Translations under genes and position numbers: made by a program
Shown here: positions 51,401 to 58,150 of the stretch, piece by piece
Layout: each line of letters starts with the position of its first letter
Numbering within the stretch: position 1 is the stretch's first letter
Origin: a virus
IMG/VR virus record: IMGVR_UViG_3300030333_002570
Location: 32,001 to 96,000 of that record
DNA length: 64,000 nt
Reading direction: 5' to 3' (one strand)
Notes under the pieces: model-generated
What the model saw: the letters and a program-made list of their open reading frames with translations, nothing else
The model's database searches: none
Told to the model about the DNA's origin: nothing

Positions 51401-54400
51401 ACTGGAAATACTATTACTGTTAATGTTAACGGTGGACAAGGTGCTATTACTAATACCAATGCTCATACATTCGTAAGTGCTACTGCTAATTGTATAACCT
51501 CTGGTCATGGAATGACTAATGGTACTCCAATTAAGATAACTGATAGTTCACTATCATTCAGTTGTACTGAAGGTGAAGGTGGTACATATGCATATCCAAG
51601 AGCAACTGACCCAGTTTCTAAGAGATGGTTATTCATCAATAATGTAACTGATTCTTCATTCGATGTTCAAGTTTTAGATACAATTCCTTCAACTAATGTA
51701 ACTTCACATACATGGATTAGTGCTGTTGCTGATGGTATTGTTGAAGGTGATCCTATTGTTGGACAAGCAGTTCCTGTTGAATCTGTAACTTCTACATCTA
51801 TTACAATTAATCCTCTTGATGGTGATGTTCCAACTAACACATCTGCACATACATTTGAGAAGTTAAACACATATCAATTCCAACCATCTGCTATTACCTA
51901 CACTCCAACAACAGGTGTAATGTCAATAACATCTACATCTCATAAGATTGAAGAAGGTGATAAGATATTCATTAAAGATAATTCATTATCATTTAAGTGT
52001 AATATGGGTGATGATGCTGGTCTTCATACTTATCCTCGTGAGACAGATCCAGTATCTAATAAGTGGATTACTGCTACTAACGTAACAGCTAATACATTTG
52101 ATGTTAATGTTGGTTCAACACCTAATGTCTTCTATACTCCTTCGGATGCAACATATAATCCAACTACGGGTATAATGAGACTTACTATTGGTAACCATGA
52201 TCTTAGACCTGGTACTAGTGTTAAGTTAGGACAAGAATCATTAACATTTAAGTGTGCTCACGATTCTTATGCAACTAATCATTCATATCCAAGAAATACA
52301 ATATTAAGTCATACTCCAACTGATGCTGATTATCATCCTGATACAGGTATCATGACATTGACTGTCAATAATCATAAGATGGGTGATGGTGATTGGGTTA
52401 AGATTGCTGATGGTGCTGTAACATTTAAATGCACATATGGTGCTGGTATTCATACTTGGACTGGTGGAACTGCAACTGGTGCTGTTCAAGTTCAAGAAGC
52501 AGGTTTAGGAAACTTTGATGTTACTGCTGCTGACTATAATCCATTGACAGGTGATATGGAATTAACAGTCGGATCTCATTCTATTACAACTGGTAATACC
52601 GTTAAAATTGTTGCTAACTCATTAACCTTCAGTTGTGATCTTGATAATAATGCAACGAACCACACTTATCCTCGTGCAACTGACCCTGCATATGATACTG
52701 CTCTTGCAATATCTGCTGTAACTGGTACAACTATAACAGTTAATGTTGGTGTAAGTTCACCTGGAACTGCATATCCTCGTGCTTCTGATCCAGTTAGCGG
52801 TAAGTGGATTAAGGTCTTTAACGTAACTACAAATACATTTGACGTTCAACTTTTAGATATTGTTCCATCAACTAATACAAGTATTCATACATTTGTTTCT
52901 GCTGTTACTAATGGAATTAGTCAGAAGAAAGATAGTGCTTATGATTCTCCAGTTGAAATTGTTGATACTACTGCTACAACTATAGATCTTAAAGTTGTTA
53001 GAAAATTACCTTCTACAAATACAACAAATCACATCTTTGTGTCTGCTGCATCTAACGCAGTTATCTCAGGTGGTGCATATACACATACCTTTGTTACAGC
53101 AGACGCAGATGCTATTACTAGATCTATAGTACAAACTGGTGGTAATTATAATCATGTATTTGCATCAGCATTAACAGATGGTGTAGTTACTGGTGGTAAC
53201 TATGTTCATACTTTTGTATCTGCTGCAACTAATGGTATTAAGTGTGCTGGTGATGCAGTTTATCTTGCTCCTGGATCTCTTACATTTACATGTTCACAGG
53301 ATGGAAATGATAGACCTACTGCATATCCTAGAACTACAGATCCTTCTTATAATCAATTATTAGAGATTAAAGATGTAACTTCTGATACATTTACTATTGA
53401 TGTAGGTGCAGCTGCAGAGAAAGATCAATATACTCATTCATGGGTAAGTTCTTCTCAAGGAGCTGTTAAGAAATCTGATTACAATCTCAAAGATTGTACT
53501 GATGTTCATACTACAGTCGGTAACTTAATTGATATACTTACAGATACATTAACAAATGCTAATGTATCACCTACACCTGTTGATCATTTAGCAAGTGTTA
53601 CTAAGGTTCTACCACCATATAAGTTCTACGGTGCAACCGTTGACGCATATAATGATACTCCATTCCCTGTATCATATCATAGTGCTGCCAATGATCTTAT
53701 AGTTACTAATCAAATTGATGAAGATACTCAGTATAGATTCCGTGATGCTGCATACTTAATTCGTGCAAATAGTGGTGTTATCGTTGATAAAGCAGCATAT
53801 GACATGCTACAACGTTATCCAGATCTTGCTATTAGTATGCCAAGAAATGCTAATGGAACATCTACAGATGGTACTGTTCGTTGTAAGCAAGATTTACTTG
53901 AGTTTGTTAGTGCAATTGCTACTGACCTTGAAAATGGTGGTAATTTAAATACCATGAAAGCTGCTAAGTTCTATATTAGTCTTTCTGGTGGATTACAACA
54001 TATTCGTTTACAGGTATTCCAATCTGTTTATGCACATGATCGTTTAGGTGTATATCTTAAGCAAGCAGTTACTGGTGATTTAACATATGATAATACCGAT
54101 AATATCGTTGTTCGTGACTGGGGTATTACTGATAATAGTTCTAGTGGTAATTGTGCTAATGTTCAAACTGCTATTGACACATTAATTACATCAATTAATG
54201 ATTTGATCGCACCTACAGATAGTGACCATGCACTTGCTGCAGATAGATTATACTTCAATAAAGATTTCCTTGCTGAAGAAATTACTGGTCTTACAACTGC
54301 ATATTTCACTTATACATTAAACGGTGTTAATTACTCAGCACTTACATATCCTGGATCTACTGGAGAGGCTACATGTCAGAGAGATATTAAGTTAATTTTA

Positions 54401-57400
54401 GATGGTATTATTTCTGATCTACAAACTGGTGGTAATGAAAGTACTGTTATTGCAATGGAGAAATATCTAAGTGCTACACTTCAGATTGAACAAGTGGATG
54501 ATGAATTAGCAGCAACTATCTACGCTATTGATAGACTTAGACATCTTGGTCAATTTGGTATTAAGGATAAATTATTCTCACAAAATGAAGGATCAGGTGC
54601 TGCTGATGAATATGAAGCAGTTCATACTAATAGAGCAGAGTATAGAGATGGTTTAAGTGATGCTGGTGGTATGAATGCGGTTGTATATCGTTATCGTGAT
54701 CTATGTGATATTGCAATTAATATACTTGCTCCTGGTGGTAAGGCAGCAAGAAGTGCTGTTAAGCAACTTAAGTACAACCAAAATTACTATAAGGAAGAGA
54801 TAACCACACTTGTTAATACACAATTTGGAACTGGAACTTGGACTTATAATACATTCATTGATGAAATGGTTGGTAATACTGTTCATGATATTCTTACAAC
54901 TGACTTTAATAAAACAAGGACTGCTTATACAATAGAATTAACTAGTACATTCAATGATTATGTTGTTGGTGAAACTGTTGTTTCTAGTAATGGTGGTAAA
55001 GCAACTGTATTAGAATGGGATGATGATGAAGAAATTTTATATACTTCATCATGGACTGGTAATAAGTTTGAACCAACTCAAACATTAGTTGGTGGAAGTT
55101 CTGGTGCATATGGAACTATTGCTGCTAATGGTGTTAGTGCTCCTTATACTTGGTATACAGAACCTGCTAATATTAAATCACTTAACACTGCCAGATTAAT
55201 TACTTCTAATATTTCTGGTCAAGTTGCTGGAACTAATATAGCATCTAATCCAGAAAACTTTACAACTGGTTGGACAAACACTGGTATAACTACATCTGCA
55301 GATCAACTTGAATCACCAGATAGTACAACAACTTCAGATAAGTTAATTGCTGCTGCTGTTGCTGGTGAACATTATATTTCACAAAACTTTGCTATTAGTG
55401 CTTATGAAACATTTGATAGTGATACAGTTAAGTTTGATAGTGCTACTGAAACATTTGACACTGGTGCTCTTGGAACTCAAACAACTCAGCAATACACATT
55501 CTCAGTATTCTTGAAGAAAGGTGAATTTAATAGAGTTCGTGTTCAAATGGGTCTTGATACTGGAACTGTTGGAGAGCAATTAGCATTCTTCGATCTTAAT
55601 TTGAATGATGGTGTTATTGGTTCTATATTCACTCCTGGTAATGGTATTGTTATTGATGCATATGGTGTTGTTCCTTATGGTAATGGTTGGTATAGAGCAT
55701 ATATTACTGGAACATTCTCCTTCGGATTCTCTCAGATACGTCCAATAATCTTTGTTAGAGATGCTTCTGGTGCATCAACCTATACTGGAGATGCAAGTTC
55801 TGGTATTTACATCTGGGGTATGAAACTCTTTAAGGGTGTTCTCGATCCTTATCAATCTGTTGCTGGTCAAGTATTCTATGCTGATACAGAGTATAACATT
55901 AAGACTTATGCATTAGATCTGTTACAAGATTATATGATTAAGGCACTTACTGGATCTTTAATATCTCCTTCAACTAATGCAGGATTCTATGCATACTATG
56001 ACAATACAATTAATACTGATTATAAGTATCGTTCTATTGAAAGATTAGTAAGATATAATTTAAATATTATCCGTGAGCAATTAGCAGTAGATAGTTACTA
56101 CACTGGTATTATCTCATTAAATGGTGTTTCTGTTCCTACTAAGACTTATGGTACTAGAAGCATTCCTGCAGGTATACAAGGTGGTTTACAAAATTCAATT
56201 TATGTTTATGGTCTTCAAAGTAATGCTAATGCTGAAATTGAAACAATAACTGAAAATTCAGGTAAAGTTGTTCAAGTTTATCAGAGATTTAGAATTGATG
56301 GTGATATAACAGACGGACCATTTACTATGAATGAGACTGTTTCTAAACAGGGTGCTCCTTCTGTTACTGGTGTTGTTTATGGTTACTGGTCTGATGAAAA
56401 CTACAAGTACCTAGATGTTAAGATTACTGCTGGTCCTTGGGCGGTTACAGATACCATTGTTGGTGCTCTAAACTCAACAACTGCTCAAATTAGTTTAATA
56501 GAAGATAGACTTCATATTATTGATGTTAAGGGTGAATTTGAGAATGATATTCCATTTAAGGGATATACAAGTAGTGCTACAGCATCACCTACTGGATATA
56601 TTAAGGCAGAGGCATCTGTTATTGACAATACTGGTGGAACCTTAACAGTTGATACTGAAAGTCTAACAGGATCATTTGAATCAACTGCTGTTGTTTATCC
56701 ATCATCTTCTAGGAAATATATCGATGTTTCTAAGTATGCTGGTCTTGATATTACTGTTGGTGATAGAATTGCTTCTGGTGGATATAAGAGATTTGGTGTT
56801 TCTGTTCTAAGTGGACTTAATCAATTTACTCAAGGTAATAGACTTTATAAGGTTGTCTCTGGTATTCAAGATACTAACACATACGGTATTATCACCGAAG
56901 TTGATATTGATAATGGTTACATATATGTTGCGGAATATCAAGGATCATTTACTCAGGGTGATATTGTAGGTGACTATGGCACAAATGCTTCCTTCCCAGT
57001 TGGTTACGCATCAATTTTAACGATTGTTACTACTCAGGGTGCTGCAGCTGCATTAGTACAAGATGTTCGTGATATCGCATTGAATAAGAGATTATATCTA
57101 ACAGATATTGCAGGAACATTTGATGATAAAGATTATATCATCGGTCCTGATAATTATAGATCTGTAGTTGTTGGTATTACTGATCTTAAGGCACGTGTTA
57201 AACGTTCCTTCAAGGGATTTGATGGAACAACAACTACGTTCCCATTAACAATTAATAACGGAACCACATACTTACCTGACTCTGCAGGTCATATGTTAAT
57301 ATTCCTTAATGGTATATTACAACCTCCAGGTGCAACTAACGCATATACAGCGTTCTCTAACCAGATTCAGTTTACTGAAGCACCAGATTTAGGTGCATCC

Positions 57401-58126
57401 TTCACAGGATTCTATGTTGGTAAGTTGAGACAGTTAGATGATATATCCTTTGAGTTTGACTCCTTACGTCAGTCATTCAACCTTAAGCGTAATGAAGTAT
57501 TCTACTCACTAACTCTAACTGAAGGTGTTCAGTCCAGTACAATTCTCCCAGAAAATAACATTATTGTTTCACTAAATGGTGTTGTTCAGGAACCAGGCGT
57601 AGGTTTCGAGATCGTTGGTTCTAGAATTATCTTCTCTGAAATTCCTCGTGTGGGATCAACATTCGTTGCCTTCTCCTACGTTGGTTCTGAGGCAGACGTT
57701 GATGCTGCTGAAGTTGTACCACCAGTTGAACCAGGTGACTTTATTGACATCCAAGGTGAGACTTCAGATAGAGAAGTTGCTGTTATTGAATCTTCTAACT
57801 CCTTAATTACATTTGACTATCTTGGATCAGTCTTTGGTAAGGACGCACAAGGACAAGCAAATATTACTTCAGGAACTATTGAAACCGTTCAGGTAACTTC
57901 AGGTGGATCTGGTTATACAACTAGACCAACTGTTAGACTTGATTCTATATCTGGTTTTGATGGTAATGTTAAAGCACTAGTTGGTGTTGCTGGTGTTGAA
58001 ATTAATAATCCTGGAAGCGGTTATCAAAACCCTGCTGTTGCAGTAGAAACAGTTGTAGATGATAACTGGACTGCTCCTGACTTAAGTCTATACGGAGAGG
58101 AACCAGTTGACCCCGAAACACCATAA
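33473..58126 (+). CDS. Giant 8217-aa baseplate/virion structural protein (gp7-like position)
   Basis: Follows gp6; N-terminus QTPEFVENDYPLFTKFLEYYY; many I.I.NxGSGY repeats; YHYH-like domain (about 37750-38170); LamG-like domains (about 40330-40800 and 45690-46200); about 21 YPR repeat domains (46800-53470); helical repeats. Confidence 0.8.
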   Translation: MTSINKVSQAVARQTPEFVENDYPLFTKFLEYYYQSQEKTGLGQNILNNFLGYLDIDKLDISILDGATKVVEAISATDDSIVVESIDQFLDNDGSVLIGDEVVYYEKAVPGPNIALSPGVSYDQVKLKWINLASPLLSFDDTTKIFPLTSQDNPIAPPSVQHLIVSVYGKVLIPGTDYSIEGTNIIFTTAPRTRIPADDASSTYITYLNGFNENTIVPLDNISGSFGESKRQFTITRSGARYEPVADEYVLAVYDNRLLTPKVDFFLDGDQFIFLTAPLNGRFLSLYSIEAPIPSFGAGAVGYARISDSGELTDISISKNGSGYKSEYPPQISINTENGSGGSATALVNGIKSISLLEGGQGYSSTNPPVVQVQAPTAPGSTAATVTATVTNGAVSDLKITNSGSGYTFTPRITFKQPGGAVLGVPTITNGQVTAVSITNAGFGYTTVPTIYIDEPTGTNPIKAAFQAVLSSQGEITSINILNAGQGYTTTPRMAVIDPVGAQVLETTVDNQGRVINIELLSGGVGYTDVPSVYIVDNRVDATGGYAGGTGAVATASIFNGQITDINISAFGGGYSQTSPPVVVIQAPPAAEASAEIGLNEVTGFTVNQSGSGYQKSQLTGCARAASSITSYTESGNAVFTNNTSAVAHPVNEPIKCLDALFVKRLLDKYTEQYLPDVPTLDYAKIDVRTAIKTIKDFYSSKGTSYSIGYLFKLLYGETVSISYPKDQIIKPSAATWSIDTILRATLVSGDPTNIQDGLLTQEADIADLNVKEASALVENYISIRTSEVTIYELVLSEETIAGTFIVPYKTKLAEPLGKEDSIITVDSTIGWPERNGEFIIGSSTDTREIIQYKEKSLNQFIECTRSVNGVVEDWDSATEVKSNFNVYINKGTPQEVVMNIVGIVDAQQTTLTDTGSYYLPGDKLTVSKLGGTGTTPELTTWLYNVKKLISVTNVAFGGINNQSATITCANDHGLLVGDQVTIYGANPILYNGTFLVTSRDSDTVFQYALPQPATVIPQGNILVSIDLNKGKSTSTAISNAISPYTTNVQNSFFNDNYVYVASTGIPNYNIGPFPGSALLPGNQRKLTRFPKVPTTISTKDLISSGPIGTWVNGVSVWSYKSNLTKTFGAVTSIGITNAGSGYDAASPPAITIAGGGGSGATASVVVDGSISEVTVTDGGSEYTSSPLVSIVGGGGSGAAATAIITKGVVSRILINSGGSGYTSQPQITIVGGGGSGASATASVRGPIKTINVTSGGSSYTSNPTVTLSSGSGAVAQAIVQNGRIISIAIISAGSGYTTAPEITIQGDGFGAVARATIDVDGENAGRVTNIEIINRGIGYLQGTTIINLNSVGSSALFTPNVFKWTYNLQSTATLDSAKGGVFEGYNNQYGGEYAHLSNPQTLRYILGDNLFESTGGTILEKEDSIVHSPIIGWAFDGNPIYGPYGYSDPTDQGSVITRLSTSYRVKTALVYDAATNPYPVRADGPLLTDTDTNGTLLYPAGAFVEDYEYVFGLGALDQYNGRFCKTPDYPTGRYCYFVTIDNTTAGNPEFPYVLGPSFNSVVDKWNLSTSAVQQNIPTGVVRYRDPYENVDIDVDRAPNVSTNALTTEDGEILLFEVEDEDRSGVIDQVEIDDPDQIFEESPLQLFDYFPKVTFDSKVDIEVETITKFEDASVTGFTIENPGINYQVNDRLNFDNEGTDGTGVSARVSRIKGEAVESYTFENISGQNFGVLKTTEPHNLVVGDSVFVTYNPIMNNTNKTFVVRQFKGIEEIVVNQTGSGYNSDIPPTITIDSATGSGGELQAVVTSVGSIENVNILNSGSGYTTNPRVILSHPQVFKKADYYVSKIDNNNYVKVNDVVVNTNKEVFICGKTKDANGNNVGFVSKLSATGVKEWEKTLELTSGQQYCEFEKLYVDGNDVWVVGNNRPESNLLDAYNPDVILAKYTQAANGLAATLAFQKGYAGISGSTRADSVTAITKLSDTRFVIGGYTNTNSTAPFDGYIALIDTTGNFAIKRKVAGSNTSEKVTGLAINAGNIYFSLESAASPNATAIDIGLGKATVGTSTITIDYVKTYSNTAYSFLDSSLCIDEFNEVYLTATCRLKANNTTKNSFWVGKTDISGNLIWNYRYQIPNESGTEYDVQTVNKTVIDVFGDLNVGVTLTSGINSLKSARSFKIGYSGNLKEHSANVFNINNIEGLTIHSLDADNSGDVHLFGQSAWNRNEFILPFTGGATTDTTGHYTPTIVTTGGSLSYENTVQDGYAKILGSQTASPTVWENAYIKFAAADLGTKLAEDWTIEFFLYRDSTNTNVFSQNEETLFSIGDATVTTGGLWCYINQSDGKLGFRATNSTTALNAGSASLSTQSSLFPLNTWITVGVKKEGDVFSTYVNGIATGSWTIASTSLGNKDLIIGNISGRNGTLNNWRSNEQGQYHIDNLRLRNRAVTPSVPSDITVVPATGQFPIGYNWQDDAWFTTNLNKFDYIDYTGIGIKVDKNADASRIGTYTERTNTKLGFVRTDVIGTTITPTTMTVVTTGFALADAGFQGLDFDDATTTMSQDTETMTYTQDVWSSRTATVPSPGSQKLSVSAVVKDKYYFKVTNTVKIDNVQELTLNQAFNFTTGTKLVLNNDAGTFVNSGYIIRQDVPNKKIYLAINNNAWSNDLNTGNLITEQFSEQSTFGIVGPIPADINEISGYTFAQVNNTTPGTFDIDLDDYNLDGTYNAGGSQDLDSYAKFKPYSDDDYSIRIDEVTTGSPYIVGSVININSGNISYNAAYSTAQITGLTAVTKITLIANLTKIMQVSAVSNSDEVYVITGTSHYLDAGDMIYVDGNPTENSLDEYDGAFAVNSVVSPLEFTYKLKQVATTSPATTAGNVSIFVKSPVLKMYYGHQYIFDMSHSSLLGGNLSFSKDNLFKLEYSFNSIERTGTPGVSGEGVPTPIVKLKVDENILTNISYYFDPSRIGDDSPIDPSSYLDVTDSPYKGTFSISSVAGATITRGADVFKFPLLNEPEGNAEVSQTTYSTSSVKAVGSISDVRIVNSGGFYTRLPIVSSITSTRQIERVAIEDPGTEYAVGVYTGVPIAGNGEGGFVEITVADGLDSEGVTIPGQINSVVVTSPGKNYTTATIDIESIPGILGAGLTGSGAILNVVIPNAGTQASIFTKADKVGKIKKLKNNNFGYDYPHDYTLRPEISFPINAQLTSTSILSSITVTNPGSGYSQAPAVVITGGGGSGATAEATIKNGRLDQIIVKDPGAGYSSTPTVSLKSSFNYVVNLDLGLLQFAFPHGITNGAAITLNVVDTGDGADFPLAAGAVGRLNGSTTYYAISGAANSLENDQLKIALTAANAELGDALSFVNAGEGRQQVLTESFGGSATANVITSTFLEGELVYQGESLDTATATGYVSTNQGWQIGPRILKIVDYTGTFSETQKVTGVISKSSGTISDLNIARGVLEIGSITKTTGQFIDDVGKPSEIIQKIQDSYYYQDFSYAIKSAVSISEWKEILIKNVHPASFKVFGELNLSDYGFIPNKETDFQLTKSVELAREAIVPNIQSFALVEPIYSEFNNTEVLFRQKRLTSSENILTSVVQRIDDISDQFDGEKIAFPLTVDGNTVVANANQLMIVLNGIVQNPGTAFEIQGDSIVFSEPPQPPASVKYVNIEISQISIVSNTFTNQSGIFPNPGNILTGTNSGAKLTVTSVVGDTIFGFITEGTFIAAENVTVSATGFSANLDVQSSVSNIGLFQYGEQVKNLTNDTAKVEQINLQRGLENALAKLRYTVGPSTLQIEVVPPNSTTDGPVATDTFTVDQNYQLGSEVVKVTNIVDGNDSTTLTVSRAQNGTIASQHQEDFPIYGTLLTVTTSLTLSKTAGTYKSTPGLFDIQLNDIIIGAKSGVVARVTQTSAYQDPTTQEFISQVNISEGSSFFGLLMNRITSQTYPNVVLDDISKSQVSVVQYTDNSTAFNSQFPANEQINNIVVPYDNLVGGPIQENETIRNYKLKYGGNTGEFIAGESARARKLSYVNPKGDGFFATGQVIRTQDTKAEVLGFNQADQVIYLGKVGRTKANGQDYHIPSFSNSAQLDTTVKYYGTASLQLVAATNDYVTIPSSSEFAFGTGAFTIDLMLRPAASSLSGTATILDMRASAANEVAGRLYLEAGQVRWNVSNADVVTSGATTLSADTWVLISIMKSSTTTKILLNGVEAGTATDNTTYIAKPIRLGSDYAGTNSFTGFIDELRVSNTNRHQTIPFTPQNGIWQGDAQAKLLLHFDGADAQTWVDDWSGAEGFTAGEDFNNDAIISSTRSSNATPGGFTGNTQRYYDAADLILLNKEFLAQEVVYILKERHPHHTVKGSEVDCEDDVRDVLDAVIDDLRNGTNNKIWDASSYYVDRTSSPIVLKFVSNEVDEVVYTYDKLEEMLKYIVNNTLWDVQGDHGLVQKTDSTITESSGLTTQTFQPTGASYDAASGYMVLTASGHGMRSERAITATDAAYTATTGILQLTVATSTFSVSTATYDHTTGVMVITIGSHSLTTNDNIRIATGGITFSCDNGGVSTGAYPRSSGANTESGADYAYDRWLPILAVGATTITVNVNGGKGAISHAFAHTYSTSSAGCITAGHGLNDGDRIKFDPNSLVMNCTSDGNTVNQSYPRPDDPAAQGWLEVTANTGTTFDVNVGKSPTVNYTATAGTYNADTGFLTMNIGQHNLRTGRKYTATNAEYTAASGVMKITIGDSIDVYDASYTAKNGLLKLNIGHHNFKKGSLVKIAPNSLFFTCSMDDYQSVHAYPRSSDPVYNDDIEIIDITDETITVDVGTSPEVSYTPTGATYDINTGDMVLTIGSHSLAVGTSIRLLDESISFSCSFGSGGTSAYPRPLVDTANISTASYNPQTGIFSVTTTAAHNLTGPTAKNVTDATYNPSTGILQLESGGHNFAVGDKIRIKDDSLVFTCTKDGNATNHTYPRSTDPVSGQWLTIVARATNTFDVQVGASKIGLNEFAHTWAGGTATNAVEKANDVIKFADNSMTFTCALDGGATQHQYPRTTDPVSDKWLIVENVGSTTFDVQVLDNAPSTNTSAHTFVSATTGAVKIKRDPAQGTALPITAVGATTITVNVTPITSYSSSSHTFQSASQGAVKVGGDYTHKFVDAASGAVIPHHGFYIGDRIMFEEGSLVFTCGMDSDATRHAYPRESDPFYNKWLPISSVTTNTFNVDVGSTTNTTFTPTGGSYDGTTGKLSITIGANTLEVGQHVKIAPNGISFTCAMDGGQSVKSYPRTTDPTYNQTLPILERSDTAITVDVGKSPYVYFDVSAATYNPTSGVMVLTIGDHGLAANTSIRLKDNSLTFSCDQGGTVGTGTYPRSGGADYVYQKAINIDSVTDTTITINVNGGQGAITNTNAHTFVSAIPGAVIAGGAWAHTYSTAAANAVSVGGNYTHTFKSASPNGITRAGETLRIIKDGISFKCSQDGYQTIHSYPRTDDPGYNTSLPIYNDGTAYTASNAAYNASTGEMVITINGHGFTTSDQIRIENNSLTFTCVKDSNTSTHSYPRDNDPFVRRWLRITAVTENTFTVNVGKASSSTQQFSHTFASATKNGIVKRDNTVTVNVGAIPTKSFTPTASTYNPSTGALALTIGSHSLPAPTTHTPTDVAYNPTTGIMTLTINGHNFSNGEKIKIADGGLKLSCAFGGASGAAAQKDYPRSTDPISGKWIPIKNVTTNTFDVQVLDVIPSTNTDAHSFVSAVTGCISKANATVKIAENSLVYKCAEDSNATEHAYPRSNVATHTAGPGTTYNPVTGVLKLSVPTESHTPSTATYNPSTGEMVLTLDSTSGAFNVSNATYNTSTGDMVLTIGSHSLTTANRIKIKEGSLKFACNFGNDNYQTPKAYPRASGANTTNGADYAFNTFLPITAADATTITVNVNGGQGSISNNNQHNFLSADAGAVIVGHGLSVGDRIKIADESLTFSCDQGGTVGNGSYPRSSNDYVYRKWIRIRAVTGNTITVNVNGGQGAITNTNAHTFVSATANCITSGHGMTNGTPIKITDSSLSFSCTEGEGGTYAYPRATDPVSKRWLFINNVTDSSFDVQVLDTIPSTNVTSHTWISAVADGIVEGDPIVGQAVPVESVTSTSITINPLDGDVPTNTSAHTFEKLNTYQFQPSAITYTPTTGVMSITSTSHKIEEGDKIFIKDNSLSFKCNMGDDAGLHTYPRETDPVSNKWITATNVTANTFDVNVGSTPNVFYTPSDATYNPTTGIMRLTIGNHDLRPGTSVKLGQESLTFKCAHDSYATNHSYPRNTILSHTPTDADYHPDTGIMTLTVNNHKMGDGDWVKIADGAVTFKCTYGAGIHTWTGGTATGAVQVQEAGLGNFDVTAADYNPLTGDMELTVGSHSITTGNTVKIVANSLTFSCDLDNNATNHTYPRATDPAYDTALAISAVTGTTITVNVGVSSPGTAYPRASDPVSGKWIKVFNVTTNTFDVQLLDIVPSTNTSIHTFVSAVTNGISQKKDSAYDSPVEIVDTTATTIDLKVVRKLPSTNTTNHIFVSAASNAVISGGAYTHTFVTADADAITRSIVQTGGNYNHVFASALTDGVVTGGNYVHTFVSAATNGIKCAGDAVYLAPGSLTFTCSQDGNDRPTAYPRTTDPSYNQLLEIKDVTSDTFTIDVGAAAEKDQYTHSWVSSSQGAVKKSDYNLKDCTDVHTTVGNLIDILTDTLTNANVSPTPVDHLASVTKVLPPYKFYGATVDAYNDTPFPVSYHSAANDLIVTNQIDEDTQYRFRDAAYLIRANSGVIVDKAAYDMLQRYPDLAISMPRNANGTSTDGTVRCKQDLLEFVSAIATDLENGGNLNTMKAAKFYISLSGGLQHIRLQVFQSVYAHDRLGVYLKQAVTGDLTYDNTDNIVVRDWGITDNSSSGNCANVQTAIDTLITSINDLIAPTDSDHALAADRLYFNKDFLAEEITGLTTAYFTYTLNGVNYSALTYPGSTGEATCQRDIKLILDGIISDLQTGGNESTVIAMEKYLSATLQIEQVDDELAATIYAIDRLRHLGQFGIKDKLFSQNEGSGAADEYEAVHTNRAEYRDGLSDAGGMNAVVYRYRDLCDIAINILAPGGKAARSAVKQLKYNQNYYKEEITTLVNTQFGTGTWTYNTFIDEMVGNTVHDILTTDFNKTRTAYTIELTSTFNDYVVGETVVSSNGGKATVLEWDDDEEILYTSSWTGNKFEPTQTLVGGSSGAYGTIAANGVSAPYTWYTEPANIKSLNTARLITSNISGQVAGTNIASNPENFTTGWTNTGITTSADQLESPDSTTTSDKLIAAAVAGEHYISQNFAISAYETFDSDTVKFDSATETFDTGALGTQTTQQYTFSVFLKKGEFNRVRVQMGLDTGTVGEQLAFFDLNLNDGVIGSIFTPGNGIVIDAYGVVPYGNGWYRAYITGTFSFGFSQIRPIIFVRDASGASTYTGDASSGIYIWGMKLFKGVLDPYQSVAGQVFYADTEYNIKTYALDLLQDYMIKALTGSLISPSTNAGFYAYYDNTINTDYKYRSIERLVRYNLNIIREQLAVDSYYTGIISLNGVSVPTKTYGTRSIPAGIQGGLQNSIYVYGLQSNANAEIETITENSGKVVQVYQRFRIDGDITDGPFTMNETVSKQGAPSVTGVVYGYWSDENYKYLDVKITAGPWAVTDTIVGALNSTTAQISLIEDRLHIIDVKGEFENDIPFKGYTSSATASPTGYIKAEASVIDNTGGTLTVDTESLTGSFESTAVVYPSSSRKYIDVSKYAGLDITVGDRIASGGYKRFGVSVLSGLNQFTQGNRLYKVVSGIQDTNTYGIITEVDIDNGYIYVAEYQGSFTQGDIVGDYGTNASFPVGYASILTIVTTQGAAAALVQDVRDIALNKRLYLTDIAGTFDDKDYIIGPDNYRSVVVGITDLKARVKRSFKGFDGTTTTFPLTINNGTTYLPDSAGHMLIFLNGILQPPGATNAYTAFSNQIQFTEAPDLGASFTGFYVGKLRQLDDISFEFDSLRQSFNLKRNEVFYSLTLTEGVQSSTILPENNIIVSLNGVVQEPGVGFEIVGSRIIFSEIPRVGSTFVAFSYVGSEADVDAAEVVPPVEPGDFIDIQGETSDREVAVIESSNSLITFDYLGSVFGKDAQGQANITSGTIETVQVTSGGSGYTTRPTVRLDSISGFDGNVKALVGVAGVEINNPGSGYQNPAVAVETVVDDNWTAPDLSLYGEEPVDPETP
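46800..53470 (+). repeat. Nested intragenic repeat array (about 21 copies of a roughly 100-aa YPR domain)
   Basis: Recurrent ATYNPxTG.M.LTIG.H / IKI..SLTF.C / YPR.TDP / TFDV.V / HTFVSA segments; 21 YPR motifs counted by eye. Confidence 0.85.
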
Positions 58127-58130
58127 ATAA
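58123..58130 (+). promoter_or_regulatory. Late-promoter variant CATAAATA
   Basis: One mismatch to TATAAATA, overlapping the giant gene stop, about 20 bp before the next ATG. Confidence 0.55.
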
Positions 58131-58150
58131 CTAAAAAATTGTAGCGAGTA

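Noticed and set aside
33473-58126. Possibility that the 8217-aa ORF is an assembly fusion or contains an intein/intron
   Set aside because: It is a single open frame with coherent phage composition. No intein splice motifs or homing endonuclease were seen, and the nesting brackets appear to close consistently.
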